Made by a program: the position numbers and the translations under genes. A stretch of DNA of 64,000 nt from Solirubrobacteraceae bacterium. GTDB lineage: Bacteria; Actinomycetota; Thermoleophilia; Solirubrobacterales; Solirubrobacteraceae. The notes under the pieces were generated by a model. That model had not been told where the DNA came from, searched no databases, and saw nothing but the letters and a program-made list of their open reading frames with translations. Where the stretch lies: assembly GCA_039934455.1 (NCBI GenBank), contig JBDTMF010000001.1, positions 12,705-76,704 of the forward strand, read 5' to 3'. Shown piece after piece: positions 56,985-64,000 of the stretch; the first letter of the stretch is position 1; each line of letters starts with the position of its first letter.

Positions 56985-57325
56985 GCGGACAGCTCCTGGA
57001 ATGCGTCGGGAAGGACGTAGTAGTAGGCCCACAGGCCTTGGCGCTCGGAGTCGACGATGCCCGCCTCGCGCAGCTTCTTGAGGTGGTGCGACAGCGTGGA
57101 CTGCGAGAGGTCGAACAGCGGGACGAGCTCGCACACACAGACCTTGCCCGCGTGCTTGCGCAGGACGTCGACGAGCTGCAGCCGCACCGGGTCGCCGAGG
57201 GCCTTCGCGACGTCGGCCATCCGCACCGCCTGGCCGCGCGCGACGTCGGGGTAGACGACGGGCTCGCAACACGGCTCGCCGGCTGCGCGCTTCTGCTTGG
57301 GGGCAAGCTCCAGATCGATCGCCAT
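56972..57325 (-). CDS. arsR: ArsR/SmtB-family metalloregulator
   Basis: ATG 57325. ...KALGDPVRLQLVDVLRKHAGKVCVCELVPLFDLSQSTLSHHLKKLREAGIV (CVC As(III) site). Overlaps the arsM start by 13 nt. Confidence 0.88.
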   Translation of the reverse strand: MAIDLELAPKQKRAAGEPCCEPVVYPDVARGQAVRMADVAKALGDPVRLQLVDVLRKHAGKVCVCELVPLFDLSQSTLSHHLKKLREAGIVDSERQGLWAYYYVLPDAFQELSAWLK

Positions 57326-57374
57326 CGATCTATGTATATCGATTGAAGTGATGAACCTCAATGCGTATCATCAC
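57314..57374. promoter_or_regulatory. Divergent arsR / arsC control region with palindromes (candidate ArsR operator)
   Basis: Most AT-rich stretch I noticed in the window. ATCGAT at 57314, 57324 and 57338 (ATCGATctatgtatATCGAT). Inverted repeat GTGATGA (57348-54) / TCATCAC (57368-74). Confidence 0.5.
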
Positions 57375-57379
57375 GACGC

Positions 57380-57772
57380 GTGCCCGAAGTCCTCTTCGTC
57401 TGTGTCCACAACGCCGGCCGCAGCCAGATGGCCGCCGCCCTGCTCGACCATCACGCGCAGGGGCGCGTGACCGTCCGCTCCGCCGGCAGCGCGCCGGCCG
57501 AGCAGCTCAACCCGGACGTGCTCGCGGTGATGTCGGAGCTCGGCCTCGACCTCGCCGGGGAACGCCCCAAGCCGCTCGCGGCCGAGTCCGTCAGGGCCGC
57601 CGATGTCGTGATCACGATGGGCTGCGGCGACGCGTGCCCGATCTATCCGGGCAAGCGCTACGAGGACTGGGACCTCGACGACCCCGCCGAGGCCGACCTC
57701 GACGGCGTGCGGCGGATCCGCGACGACATCGACGGCCGCGTCCGGCGTCTCCTCGACGAGATGGCGGCCTGA
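57380..57772 (+). CDS. arsC: Arsenate reductase, low-molecular-weight phosphatase type
   Basis: (M)PEVLFVCVHNAGRSQMAAAL (CX5R loop)...VITMGCGDACP...DWDLDDP. Confidence 0.88.
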   Translation: MPEVLFVCVHNAGRSQMAAALLDHHAQGRVTVRSAGSAPAEQLNPDVLAVMSELGLDLAGERPKPLAAESVRAADVVITMGCGDACPIYPGKRYEDWDLDDPAEADLDGVRRIRDDIDGRVRRLLDEMAA

Positions 57773-57820
57773 CCGGGCCGCTGCTTCGACGCGAAGCGCC
57801 CGCGGCGGTATACATCGTGC

Positions 57821-58618
57821 ATGACTGCGCTCGAACGCAACAACGTCGTGGAGCACGGGCCGCAGGACGGGCGGCCGATGGTCTTCGCCCACGGCTTCGG
57901 CTGCGACCAGAACATGTGGCGGTTCGTGTGGCCGGAGTTCGCCGAGGACCACCGGGTGGTGCTCTTCGACCACGTCGGCGCGGGCGGCTCCGACGCGTCG
58001 GCCTTCGACCGCGACCGCTACGCGTCGCTGCACGGCTACGCCGGCGACGTGCTGGAGATCTGCCGCGAGCTCGACCTGACCGACGTCGTCTTCGTCGGCC
58101 ATTCGGTCAGCGCGATGATCGGTGTGCTGGCCGCCGCCGAGGAGCCCGAGCGCTTCGGGCGGCTGGTGCTGGTCGGGCCCTCACCGCGCTACATCGACGA
58201 CGGCGACTACGCCGGCGGCTTCTCGCGCGAGGACATCGAGGGCCTGCTCGAGTCGATGGACAGCAACTACCTGGGCTGGTCGGGCGCGATGGCGCCGGTG
58301 ATCATGGGCAACGCGGATCGGCCTGAGCTCGGCGAGGAGCTGACCAACAGCTTCTGCCGCGCCGACCCGGAGATCGCACGGCACTTCGCGCGGGTGGCGT
58401 TCATGTCCGACAACCGCGCCGACCTCGCGCGGGTGCGGACGCCGAGCCTCGTCCTGCAGTGCGCGGACGACGTGATCGCTCCCGACGTGGTGGGCGAGTA
58501 CGTCGACCGGGAGCTGCCCGACAGCCGGCTGGTGCGGCTCGCCGCCACCGGCCATTGCCCGAACCTGAGCGCGCCCGAGGAGACGGTCGGCGCGATCGAG
58601 GCCTTCCTGGCGGCGTGA
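57821..58618 (+). CDS. RsbQ / KAI2-D14-like alpha/beta hydrolase
   Basis: FAHGFGCDQNMW..., nucleophile elbow VGHSVSAMIG, LQCADDVIAP (Asp), TGHCPNLSAPEE (His). Confidence 0.85.
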   Translation: MTALERNNVVEHGPQDGRPMVFAHGFGCDQNMWRFVWPEFAEDHRVVLFDHVGAGGSDASAFDRDRYASLHGYAGDVLEICRELDLTDVVFVGHSVSAMIGVLAAAEEPERFGRLVLVGPSPRYIDDGDYAGGFSREDIEGLLESMDSNYLGWSGAMAPVIMGNADRPELGEELTNSFCRADPEIARHFARVAFMSDNRADLARVRTPSLVLQCADDVIAPDVVGEYVDRELPDSRLVRLAATGHCPNLSAPEETVGAIEAFLAA

Positions 58619-59751
58619 CGATCGAAGGCGAGGCCCCCGAGGACTCGGCGGAGCATCTCTTCGAGGATGCGCCCTGCGGGTACCTCTCGACGCTGCCCGA
58701 CGGGACGATCGTGCGGGTGAACCGGACCTTCGAGGCGTGGACGGGGCTGCGGCGGGAGGACCTCGTGGGCGCACGGCGCTTCCAGGACCTGCTCTCGCCC
58801 GGGGGCCGGATCTACCACGAGACCCACTACGCGCCGCTCCTGCGGATGCAGGGCACGGTGCGCGAGATCGCGGTGGAGATCGTGCGCGCGGACGGAACGC
58901 GCCTGCCGGCGCTGATCAACTCCGTGCAGCACGACGACGAGCACGGTCGGCCGCAGCGGATCCGGACGACGGTGTTCGACGCGACCGACCGGCGCCGCTA
59001 CGAGGACGAGCTGCTGCGCGCGCGGCGCCAGGAGCAGGAGACCGCCCGGGAGCTCAGCCGGAGCCTGCTGTCGGGCAGCCTGCCGGCGGCGCCCGGGCTG
59101 GACGTCGGCGTCGTCTACCGCCCGGCCGTCAGCGGCCTCGACGTCGGGGGCGACTGGTACGACGCGTTCTGGCTCGACGAGGCCGACACGATCGGCCTGG
59201 TCATCGGCGACGTCGTCGGCCGCGGGATCGGCGCCGCGGCGACGATGGGGCAGCTGCGCAGCGCGGTGCGCGCGCTCGCGTCGACCGGCCTGGCGCCGGG
59301 CCGCCTCCTCGACGCTCTCGACGCGTACGCGCGGCGGCACGAGGTCGGCCGGATGACCACGCTGCTCTGCGCCCAGCTCGGGCTCGGCTCGCGGCGCCTG
59401 CGCTACGCCTGTGCCGGCCACCCGCCGCCGCTGATCCTGGCCCCGGGGGAGGAGCCGTGCTTCGCCTGGGACGGGCGTTCGACGCCGCTGGACGTCTACC
59501 CCGCATCCGACGGGCCGCGCGGCGAGGCGGCGATCACGCTCGCCCCCGGGAGCACCGTGCTGCTCTACACCGACGGCCTGGTCGAGCGTCGCACGGAGTC
59601 GCTGACGGACGGCATGGAGCGGCTGCTGCGGGTGGCGGCGAGCCACCGGGACGAGAGCGCCGAGTCGTTCGTCGGCGCGGTCGTCCGCGCGCTGCACGAC
59701 CCCGAGCACGTCGACGACGTCTGCCTGCTCGCGGCGCGCGTCGGCGGCTGA
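58615..59751 (+). CDS. PAS domain + PP2C/SpoIIE-type phosphatase (RsbP-like)
   Basis: GTGA overlap with the hydrolase gene. The PAS part is ...CGYLSTLPDGTIVRVNRTFEAWTGL.... PP2C motifs are GGDWYDAF, VIGDVVGRGIGAA, LLYTDGLVE, DDVCLL. Confidence 0.85.
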   Translation: MTIEGEAPEDSAEHLFEDAPCGYLSTLPDGTIVRVNRTFEAWTGLRREDLVGARRFQDLLSPGGRIYHETHYAPLLRMQGTVREIAVEIVRADGTRLPALINSVQHDDEHGRPQRIRTTVFDATDRRRYEDELLRARRQEQETARELSRSLLSGSLPAAPGLDVGVVYRPAVSGLDVGGDWYDAFWLDEADTIGLVIGDVVGRGIGAAATMGQLRSAVRALASTGLAPGRLLDALDAYARRHEVGRMTTLLCAQLGLGSRRLRYACAGHPPPLILAPGEEPCFAWDGRSTPLDVYPASDGPRGEAAITLAPGSTVLLYTDGLVERRTESLTDGMERLLRVAASHRDESAESFVGAVVRALHDPEHVDDVCLLAARVGG

Positions 59752-59785
59752 AACCGGCACCTCGGCGTCCGCGCCTTCCAGGCCG

Positions 59786-60790
59786 GTGACCCGTACGGGG
59801 AACATGACGAGTCTCTCGGGGCAGCGCGTCCTCATCACCAGCGCGACCAGCGGCGTGGGCCTGGCGGCGGTCGAGCGCTTCGCGCGCGAGGGCGCCGAGC
59901 GCGCGCTGGTCGCGCGCGGCGAGGCGGCGCTCGAGCAGGCCGCGGCGATGGGCCGGCGGCACGGTGTCGCCGCGCACGCGATCCCGGCGGATCTCGCCGA
60001 CCGGGCGCAGGCGGTCGCGGCGGTCGCGGCGGCCGTGCGTGCGCTCGGCGGCCTCGACGTCGTGGTGTCGAACGCCGGGGCGGTGGCGTTCGGCCACTTC
60101 CTCGAGGTGGAGGCGGATGACTTCGACCGCACGGTCGCGATCACGTTCACCGGCGCGGTCAACCTCCTGCGCGCGGCGCTGCCGGAGCTGCGCAGGACCC
60201 GCGGGGTGATCGTGGCGACCTCGTCGATCATGGCCGGCATGCCGCTGCCGGCGTTCTCGAGCTACGCGGCCTCCAAGCATGCGCTGCGCGGCTTCCTCAC
60301 GACGCTGCAGATCGAGGAGCGCGAGCAGCGGAGCGGCGTGCGCGTGGCCATGGTCAGCCCCGGCCCGATCAACACGCCGATCTACGGGCGGGCGACGAGC
60401 GGCACCGGCCGCGCCCCGGCGACGCTCCCCGACGCCTATGAGGCCGAGGTGGTGGCGGCGATGCTGGTCGAAGCGGCGCTCGCGCCGCGGCACGACCGGA
60501 TCGTCGGCGGGGAGTCCCGCCTCGTCCGCCGCCTGTACCGGCACGCCCGCCCGGCGGCCGAGCTGCTGCTGGTCTTCGTCGACCGCTGGTTCCGCACGGG
60601 GACGGAGCCGGCCGGCATGCCCGGAGCACTGTGGGAGCCGATGGCGGAGGCGCGCGTGGCCGACGGGATCCCCGCGCGGGCGAGCGGCGACGTGCTCTCG
60701 CTCGCGCGGCACCTTGCCGCCGCCGCAACCCGCGCGGTCAGGACCGCGACCGAGCTGCTGCGCCCGGTGCCCGAACGGCGAGCGCGCTGA
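59786..60790 (+). CDS. Short-chain dehydrogenase/reductase with C-terminal extension
   Basis: VLITSATSGVGLA (TGxxxGxG variant)...VSNAG...SSYAASKHAL (YxxxK). ATG 59804 is a possible start. Confidence 0.8.
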   Translation: MTRTGNMTSLSGQRVLITSATSGVGLAAVERFAREGAERALVARGEAALEQAAAMGRRHGVAAHAIPADLADRAQAVAAVAAAVRALGGLDVVVSNAGAVAFGHFLEVEADDFDRTVAITFTGAVNLLRAALPELRRTRGVIVATSSIMAGMPLPAFSSYAASKHALRGFLTTLQIEEREQRSGVRVAMVSPGPINTPIYGRATSGTGRAPATLPDAYEAEVVAAMLVEAALAPRHDRIVGGESRLVRRLYRHARPAAELLLVFVDRWFRTGTEPAGMPGALWEPMAEARVADGIPARASGDVLSLARHLAAAATRAVRTATELLRPVPERRAR

Positions 60791-60820
60791 ACCGGACGTC
60801 CCGCTGCCGCGACCGACGCG

Positions 60821-62821
60821 TCAGACGGCCAGCGGACTCGTGGCGCGCACGCGCGAGACCGCGACGAACGCCGCGACGACGCGCGGGTCGAACTGGCTCC
60901 CGGCACAGCGCTCGAGCTCAGCCAGCGCGGGCTCGAACGCGAGCGAAGAGGAGTAGGGGCGGTCGGCGAGCATCGCGTCGAACGCGTCGCAGACGAAGAT
61001 GATGCGCGCGCCGAGCGGGATCGCGTCGCCGGCTATCCCGTCGGGGTAGCCGCCGCCGTCCCAGCGCTCGTGGGAGGAGCGCACGAGCTTGGCCACGCCC
61101 GCGAGCGCGTGGGCGGCGGCCACGATGCGCTCGCCGATCAGCGTGTGCCGTTGCATGAACGCGCGCTCGCCCTCGTCGAGCGGGCCGGGCTTGCTGAGGA
61201 TCGCGTCCGGGATCGCGGCCTTGCCGATGTCGTGCAGCGTGGCGCCGGCGCGCACCTCGCGCGCCTGCTCGTCGGTCGCGCCCATGTGATGGGCGACGGC
61301 CTCGGCGAGGTCGGCGACGCCCTGGGAGTGGTCGCCGACGTCGGGGTGGCGCTCGACCAGCACGCGCAGCAGCGCGTGCGTGGCCTGCTCGCCGGCGGCC
61401 CCGCGCACGGAGCGCTTGTCCTGGTACATCCGGTGGTCGGCGGTGCGCAGCGCCTCGGCCGCGGTCGACGCCTCCGCAGGGAGAACCGCACGGCCCTGTG
61501 AGGCCGAGATGGCGAAGCCGTCGCCGCGCTCGGAGAGGGCGGCGAGCGCAGCGCTGACGGTCTGCTCCCCCGCGCCGGGGCCCAGCAGGACGCAGAACTC
61601 GTCCCCGCCCATCCGGTAGGCGGTGCCCGCGGCGCCGACGGCGTCGCGGAGGCAGCGGCCGAGGCGCGCCAGCAGCGCGTCGCCGGCCGGATGGCCGAAC
61701 GCATCGTTGTAGCCCTTGAAGCCATTGAGGTCGAACAGCAGCAGCTGCGCAGCGGCGCGCGCCGCGACCGCCGCCTCGAGGTCGGCGCGCGGCGCGCGGC
61801 GGTTGCCCAGGCCCGTCAATGCGTCGGTCGTCGCCTCGTACTCGGCGTCTCGGAGCACGCCGAGGTAGCTGCGGAACGTGAGGACGAAACGGGCGATCAC
61901 GAAGACCAGCGCCGCCGCCGCGAGGGCGATGGCCAGCGGACCCGGGTCTGCCGCCGCGGCGTAGACCAGCATCCCGAGCGCGACCAGCGCAAAGCCCGCG
62001 GGCACCGCGAGCGCGGGCCAGCCCGGCGACTGTCGCTCGGCGGGAGGGTCGGGGCGCATCCACGCCGTGAAGCCGAGCAGCACGAACGGGCCGAGCCAGC
62101 CGATGTCCGCGATGCCGCCGAGGAGATAGGTCCCGCGGACGATCTCGACGGCGTGGACCATGTCCGTCACCGCCCAGCAGGCGAAGCATGCGGCCATCAG
62201 CCCGGCCGCGCGCCCGAAGCGCCAGCCGTTCGCGGCGGCCAGCGGGACGAGGAGGGTGATGAGCACGAGATCGGCGACCGGATAGGCGAGGGTGGTCGCG
62301 AGTTCGGCGGTGGAGGAGGAGCCGCCGGCGAGAATCGCCTCGACGACGAACGCCGCCGTGATCGAGCCGAGCGCGCTGATCGCGATCAGGACGTCGAGGA
62401 GCACGACGCCACGCACGCCGCCGGCTGCGTGGACGCGCAGCCCCAGGGCCGCCGCCAGCGGAACGTAGACCGCGAGCCACGGCACGTCGGCGGCGGACGG
62501 CACCGGCGCCGTCGCGGCGCCGTAGAGCACGACGTAGATCGTATTGCCGGCGAACAGCAGGAAGAAGGCGAGCGCGATCAGCACCCATACGGCGCGCTCT
62601 TCACGGACCGCGACGGCGCGCCACGCACAGACGATCATTGCGATGATCCCGCAGCCGTAGTACGCGCCCGCCGGGAAGGGGTCATCCGGGCCATTGCTCC
62701 CGACACCGAGCGCGCGCGCCGCATAGACGGCGGTCAGGGCGAGGCCGAGCGCGATGAGCGCGCGGATGGGCCACGGCCGATGCATGCCCTGCGAAGGGCT
62801 TGACACGGAAGCCATGCTCAT
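60821..62821 (-). CDS. Membrane sensor with GGDEF diguanylate cyclase and HD-GYP phosphodiesterase domains
   Basis: About 300 aa of multi-TM N-terminus. DALTGLGNRR...FDLNGFKGYNDAFGHPAGD...RMGGDEFCVLL. HD-GYP part ...GATLHDIGKAAIP...HERWDGGGYPDG. Confidence 0.88.
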   Translation of the reverse strand: MSMASVSSPSQGMHRPWPIRALIALGLALTAVYAARALGVGSNGPDDPFPAGAYYGCGIIAMIVCAWRAVAVREERAVWVLIALAFFLLFAGNTIYVVLYGAATAPVPSAADVPWLAVYVPLAAALGLRVHAAGGVRGVVLLDVLIAISALGSITAAFVVEAILAGGSSSTAELATTLAYPVADLVLITLLVPLAAANGWRFGRAAGLMAACFACWAVTDMVHAVEIVRGTYLLGGIADIGWLGPFVLLGFTAWMRPDPPAERQSPGWPALAVPAGFALVALGMLVYAAAADPGPLAIALAAAALVFVIARFVLTFRSYLGVLRDAEYEATTDALTGLGNRRAPRADLEAAVAARAAAQLLLFDLNGFKGYNDAFGHPAGDALLARLGRCLRDAVGAAGTAYRMGGDEFCVLLGPGAGEQTVSAALAALSERGDGFAISASQGRAVLPAEASTAAEALRTADHRMYQDKRSVRGAAGEQATHALLRVLVERHPDVGDHSQGVADLAEAVAHHMGATDEQAREVRAGATLHDIGKAAIPDAILSKPGPLDEGERAFMQRHTLIGERIVAAAHALAGVAKLVRSSHERWDGGGYPDGIAGDAIPLGARIIFVCDAFDAMLADRPYSSSLAFEPALAELERCAGSQFDPRVVAAFVAVSRVRATSPLAV

Positions 62822-62886
62822 TGGTCGGCAGTTGCCGACCGTAACGTGAAATCTCCTCAGCGCGGGATGGGGATCGTGTCGTCCGG

Positions 62887-63489
62887 CTACACCGAGTCGC
62901 TGCCCTCCTCAGCGTCCTCCTTGCTGTCCTTCTGCTCCGCCTGCTCGTCCTTCTGCTCGGCCTTCTCCTCGCGCTCCGCCTCCTCCTCCTCGGTCACGAC
63001 GCCCGGGAACCCTGCCGAATCGGTGTAGATGCCGACGAAGACGACCTTGTCGCCGTCGAACTCCCACATCTGGACGGCCGGCTCGTCGAGCTGCCGGGTG
63101 CCCTGAGCCGGCTCGCCGACGAACGCCCCGAAGGCGACGACGACGTTCTCGCCCGGCGACTCGAGGTAGCGCTCGGGGCGGAAGCCGAACGACGCGTAGC
63201 TGCGCTTCGCGTCCTCGACGAACACCTCGCGGATGGCGTCACGGCCCTCGTGCTCGCCGCCGCCGGGGAAGTTCTCTCCGCTGGGCGCCGACCACTGGAC
63301 GTCGTCGGCGAAGGCGTCGAGGAAGCGGTCGATGTCGCCCTCGCCGAACGCGCGGAACGCCTCGCTCATGCCCTCGGCGCGGCCGCCGGCCTCCGTGACC
63401 AGCGGCGCGTCGCCCACGCCGGCGCGCCGCTTCGCCTGCGCGACGAAGCTCTTCGCCCGCTGTCCCACCCCAACGCTCTCCTGTGACAT
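62887..63489 (-). CDS. SnoaL/NTF2-like protein with highly acidic Glu/Lys-rich C-terminal tail
   Basis: ...AFGEGDIDRFLDAFADDVQWSAP...VQMWEFDGDKVVFVGIY..., then EEEEAEREEKAEQKDEQAEQKDSKEDAEE. Confidence 0.65.
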   Translation of the reverse strand: MSQESVGVGQRAKSFVAQAKRRAGVGDAPLVTEAGGRAEGMSEAFRAFGEGDIDRFLDAFADDVQWSAPSGENFPGGGEHEGRDAIREVFVEDAKRSYASFGFRPERYLESPGENVVVAFGAFVGEPAQGTRQLDEPAVQMWEFDGDKVVFVGIYTDSAGFPGVVTEEEEAEREEKAEQKDEQAEQKDSKEDAEEGSDSV

Positions 63490-63537
63490 GCGTCTCCTCC
63501 AGCCGTTTTCCGGGGCACTACCCCGCGAGGCCGAAGG

Positions 63538-64000
63538 TCAGGCAGCCTGGCGGCGCGCGCGCCCGCTGCGGGCGCGCCGCTTGGCCTCGAGCGCCGCGAG
63601 GTCGGCGGCGGCGAGCAGCGCCTCGGGCGTGGTGCCGTCGGCCGGGAAGACCGCGGTGCCCATGCTGGCGCTGAGGCCGCTCAGACCGGCCGTCACGCCC
63701 GCCAGCGCGGCGCGTACGCGCGCGATCAGGTGGTCGGCGCCGGCCTGGCCGGTCTGCGGCGCGAGCACGCAGAACTCGTCGCCGCCGAGACGCACCACGG
63801 TGTCCTGCGCGCGCACGACGTCGACGAGCGCGGCGGCGGCGTCGCGCAGCAGCTCGTCGCCGGCCTCGTGGCCGAAGCGGTCGTTGACGAGCTTGAAGCC
63901 GTCGAGGTCGAGCGCGAGCACCGCGAAGGACTCGCCGTGCCGCGTGTGGCGCGCGATCTCGTAGCCGAGGCGCTCGTCGAGCGCGCGCCGGTTGGCGAGG
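63538..64000 (-). CDS. GGDEF-domain diguanylate cyclase, C-terminal part (5' end beyond window)
   Basis: ...FAVLALDLDGFKLVNDRFGHEAGDELL...VRLGGDEFCVLA.... The frame stays open to the window edge. Confidence 0.8.
   Translation of the reverse strand, partial: LANRRALDERLGYEIARHTRHGESFAVLALDLDGFKLVNDRFGHEAGDELLRDAAAALVDVVRAQDTVVRLGGDEFCVLAPQTGQAGADHLIARVRAALAGVTAGLSGLSASMGTAVFPADGTTPEALLAAADLAALEAKRRARSGRARRQAA

Overview
Very GC-rich (by eye above 70%, not computed), gene-dense bacterial chromosome segment of actinobacterial type; the taxon cannot be fixed from sequence alone. I support about 75 protein-coding genes, 3 tRNAs (Gln-UUG, Leu-UAA, initiator Met-CAU), 3 gene remnants, and several hairpins. 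I saw no rRNA, CRISPR array, transposase or integrase. The backbone is a conserved housekeeping run: glmU-prs, then ctc(L25)-pth-methyltransferase, mfd, a PrsA-like PPIase, mazG-eno-ftsB. Also present are selD, a rhomboid, ppx, and a TPP enzyme.

Accessory-looking content:
- A six-gene translationally coupled mce (MlaD-family) operon with no YrbE/MlaE permease or ATPase anywhere in the window.
- An effector-like protein with an LQRSAGNRAV N-terminal leader, divergent from an adenylate cyclase.
- A sigma factor fused in cis to a zinc anti-sigma (HxxxCxxC) domain.
- A block after tRNA-fMet that is bounded by gene remnants. It carries cupin, an acylphosphatase-like/LigD-phosphoesterase fusion, arsR-arsM/arsC, an RsbQ-RsbP-like hydrolase/PAS-PP2C pair, and c-di-GMP enzymes.

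The most unusual thing I can read directly is at the level of start codons. csrA and an HxlR-family regulator both have conserved N-termini that can only be translated from an ATC codon placed behind a good Shine-Dalgarno. mazG and a small antitoxin-like ORF also lack any ATG/GTG/TTG upstream of conserved sequence.

Most long ORFs in the track that lie antisense to these genes are GC-driven shadow ORFs. All functional calls come from motif recognition by eye; no searches were run.
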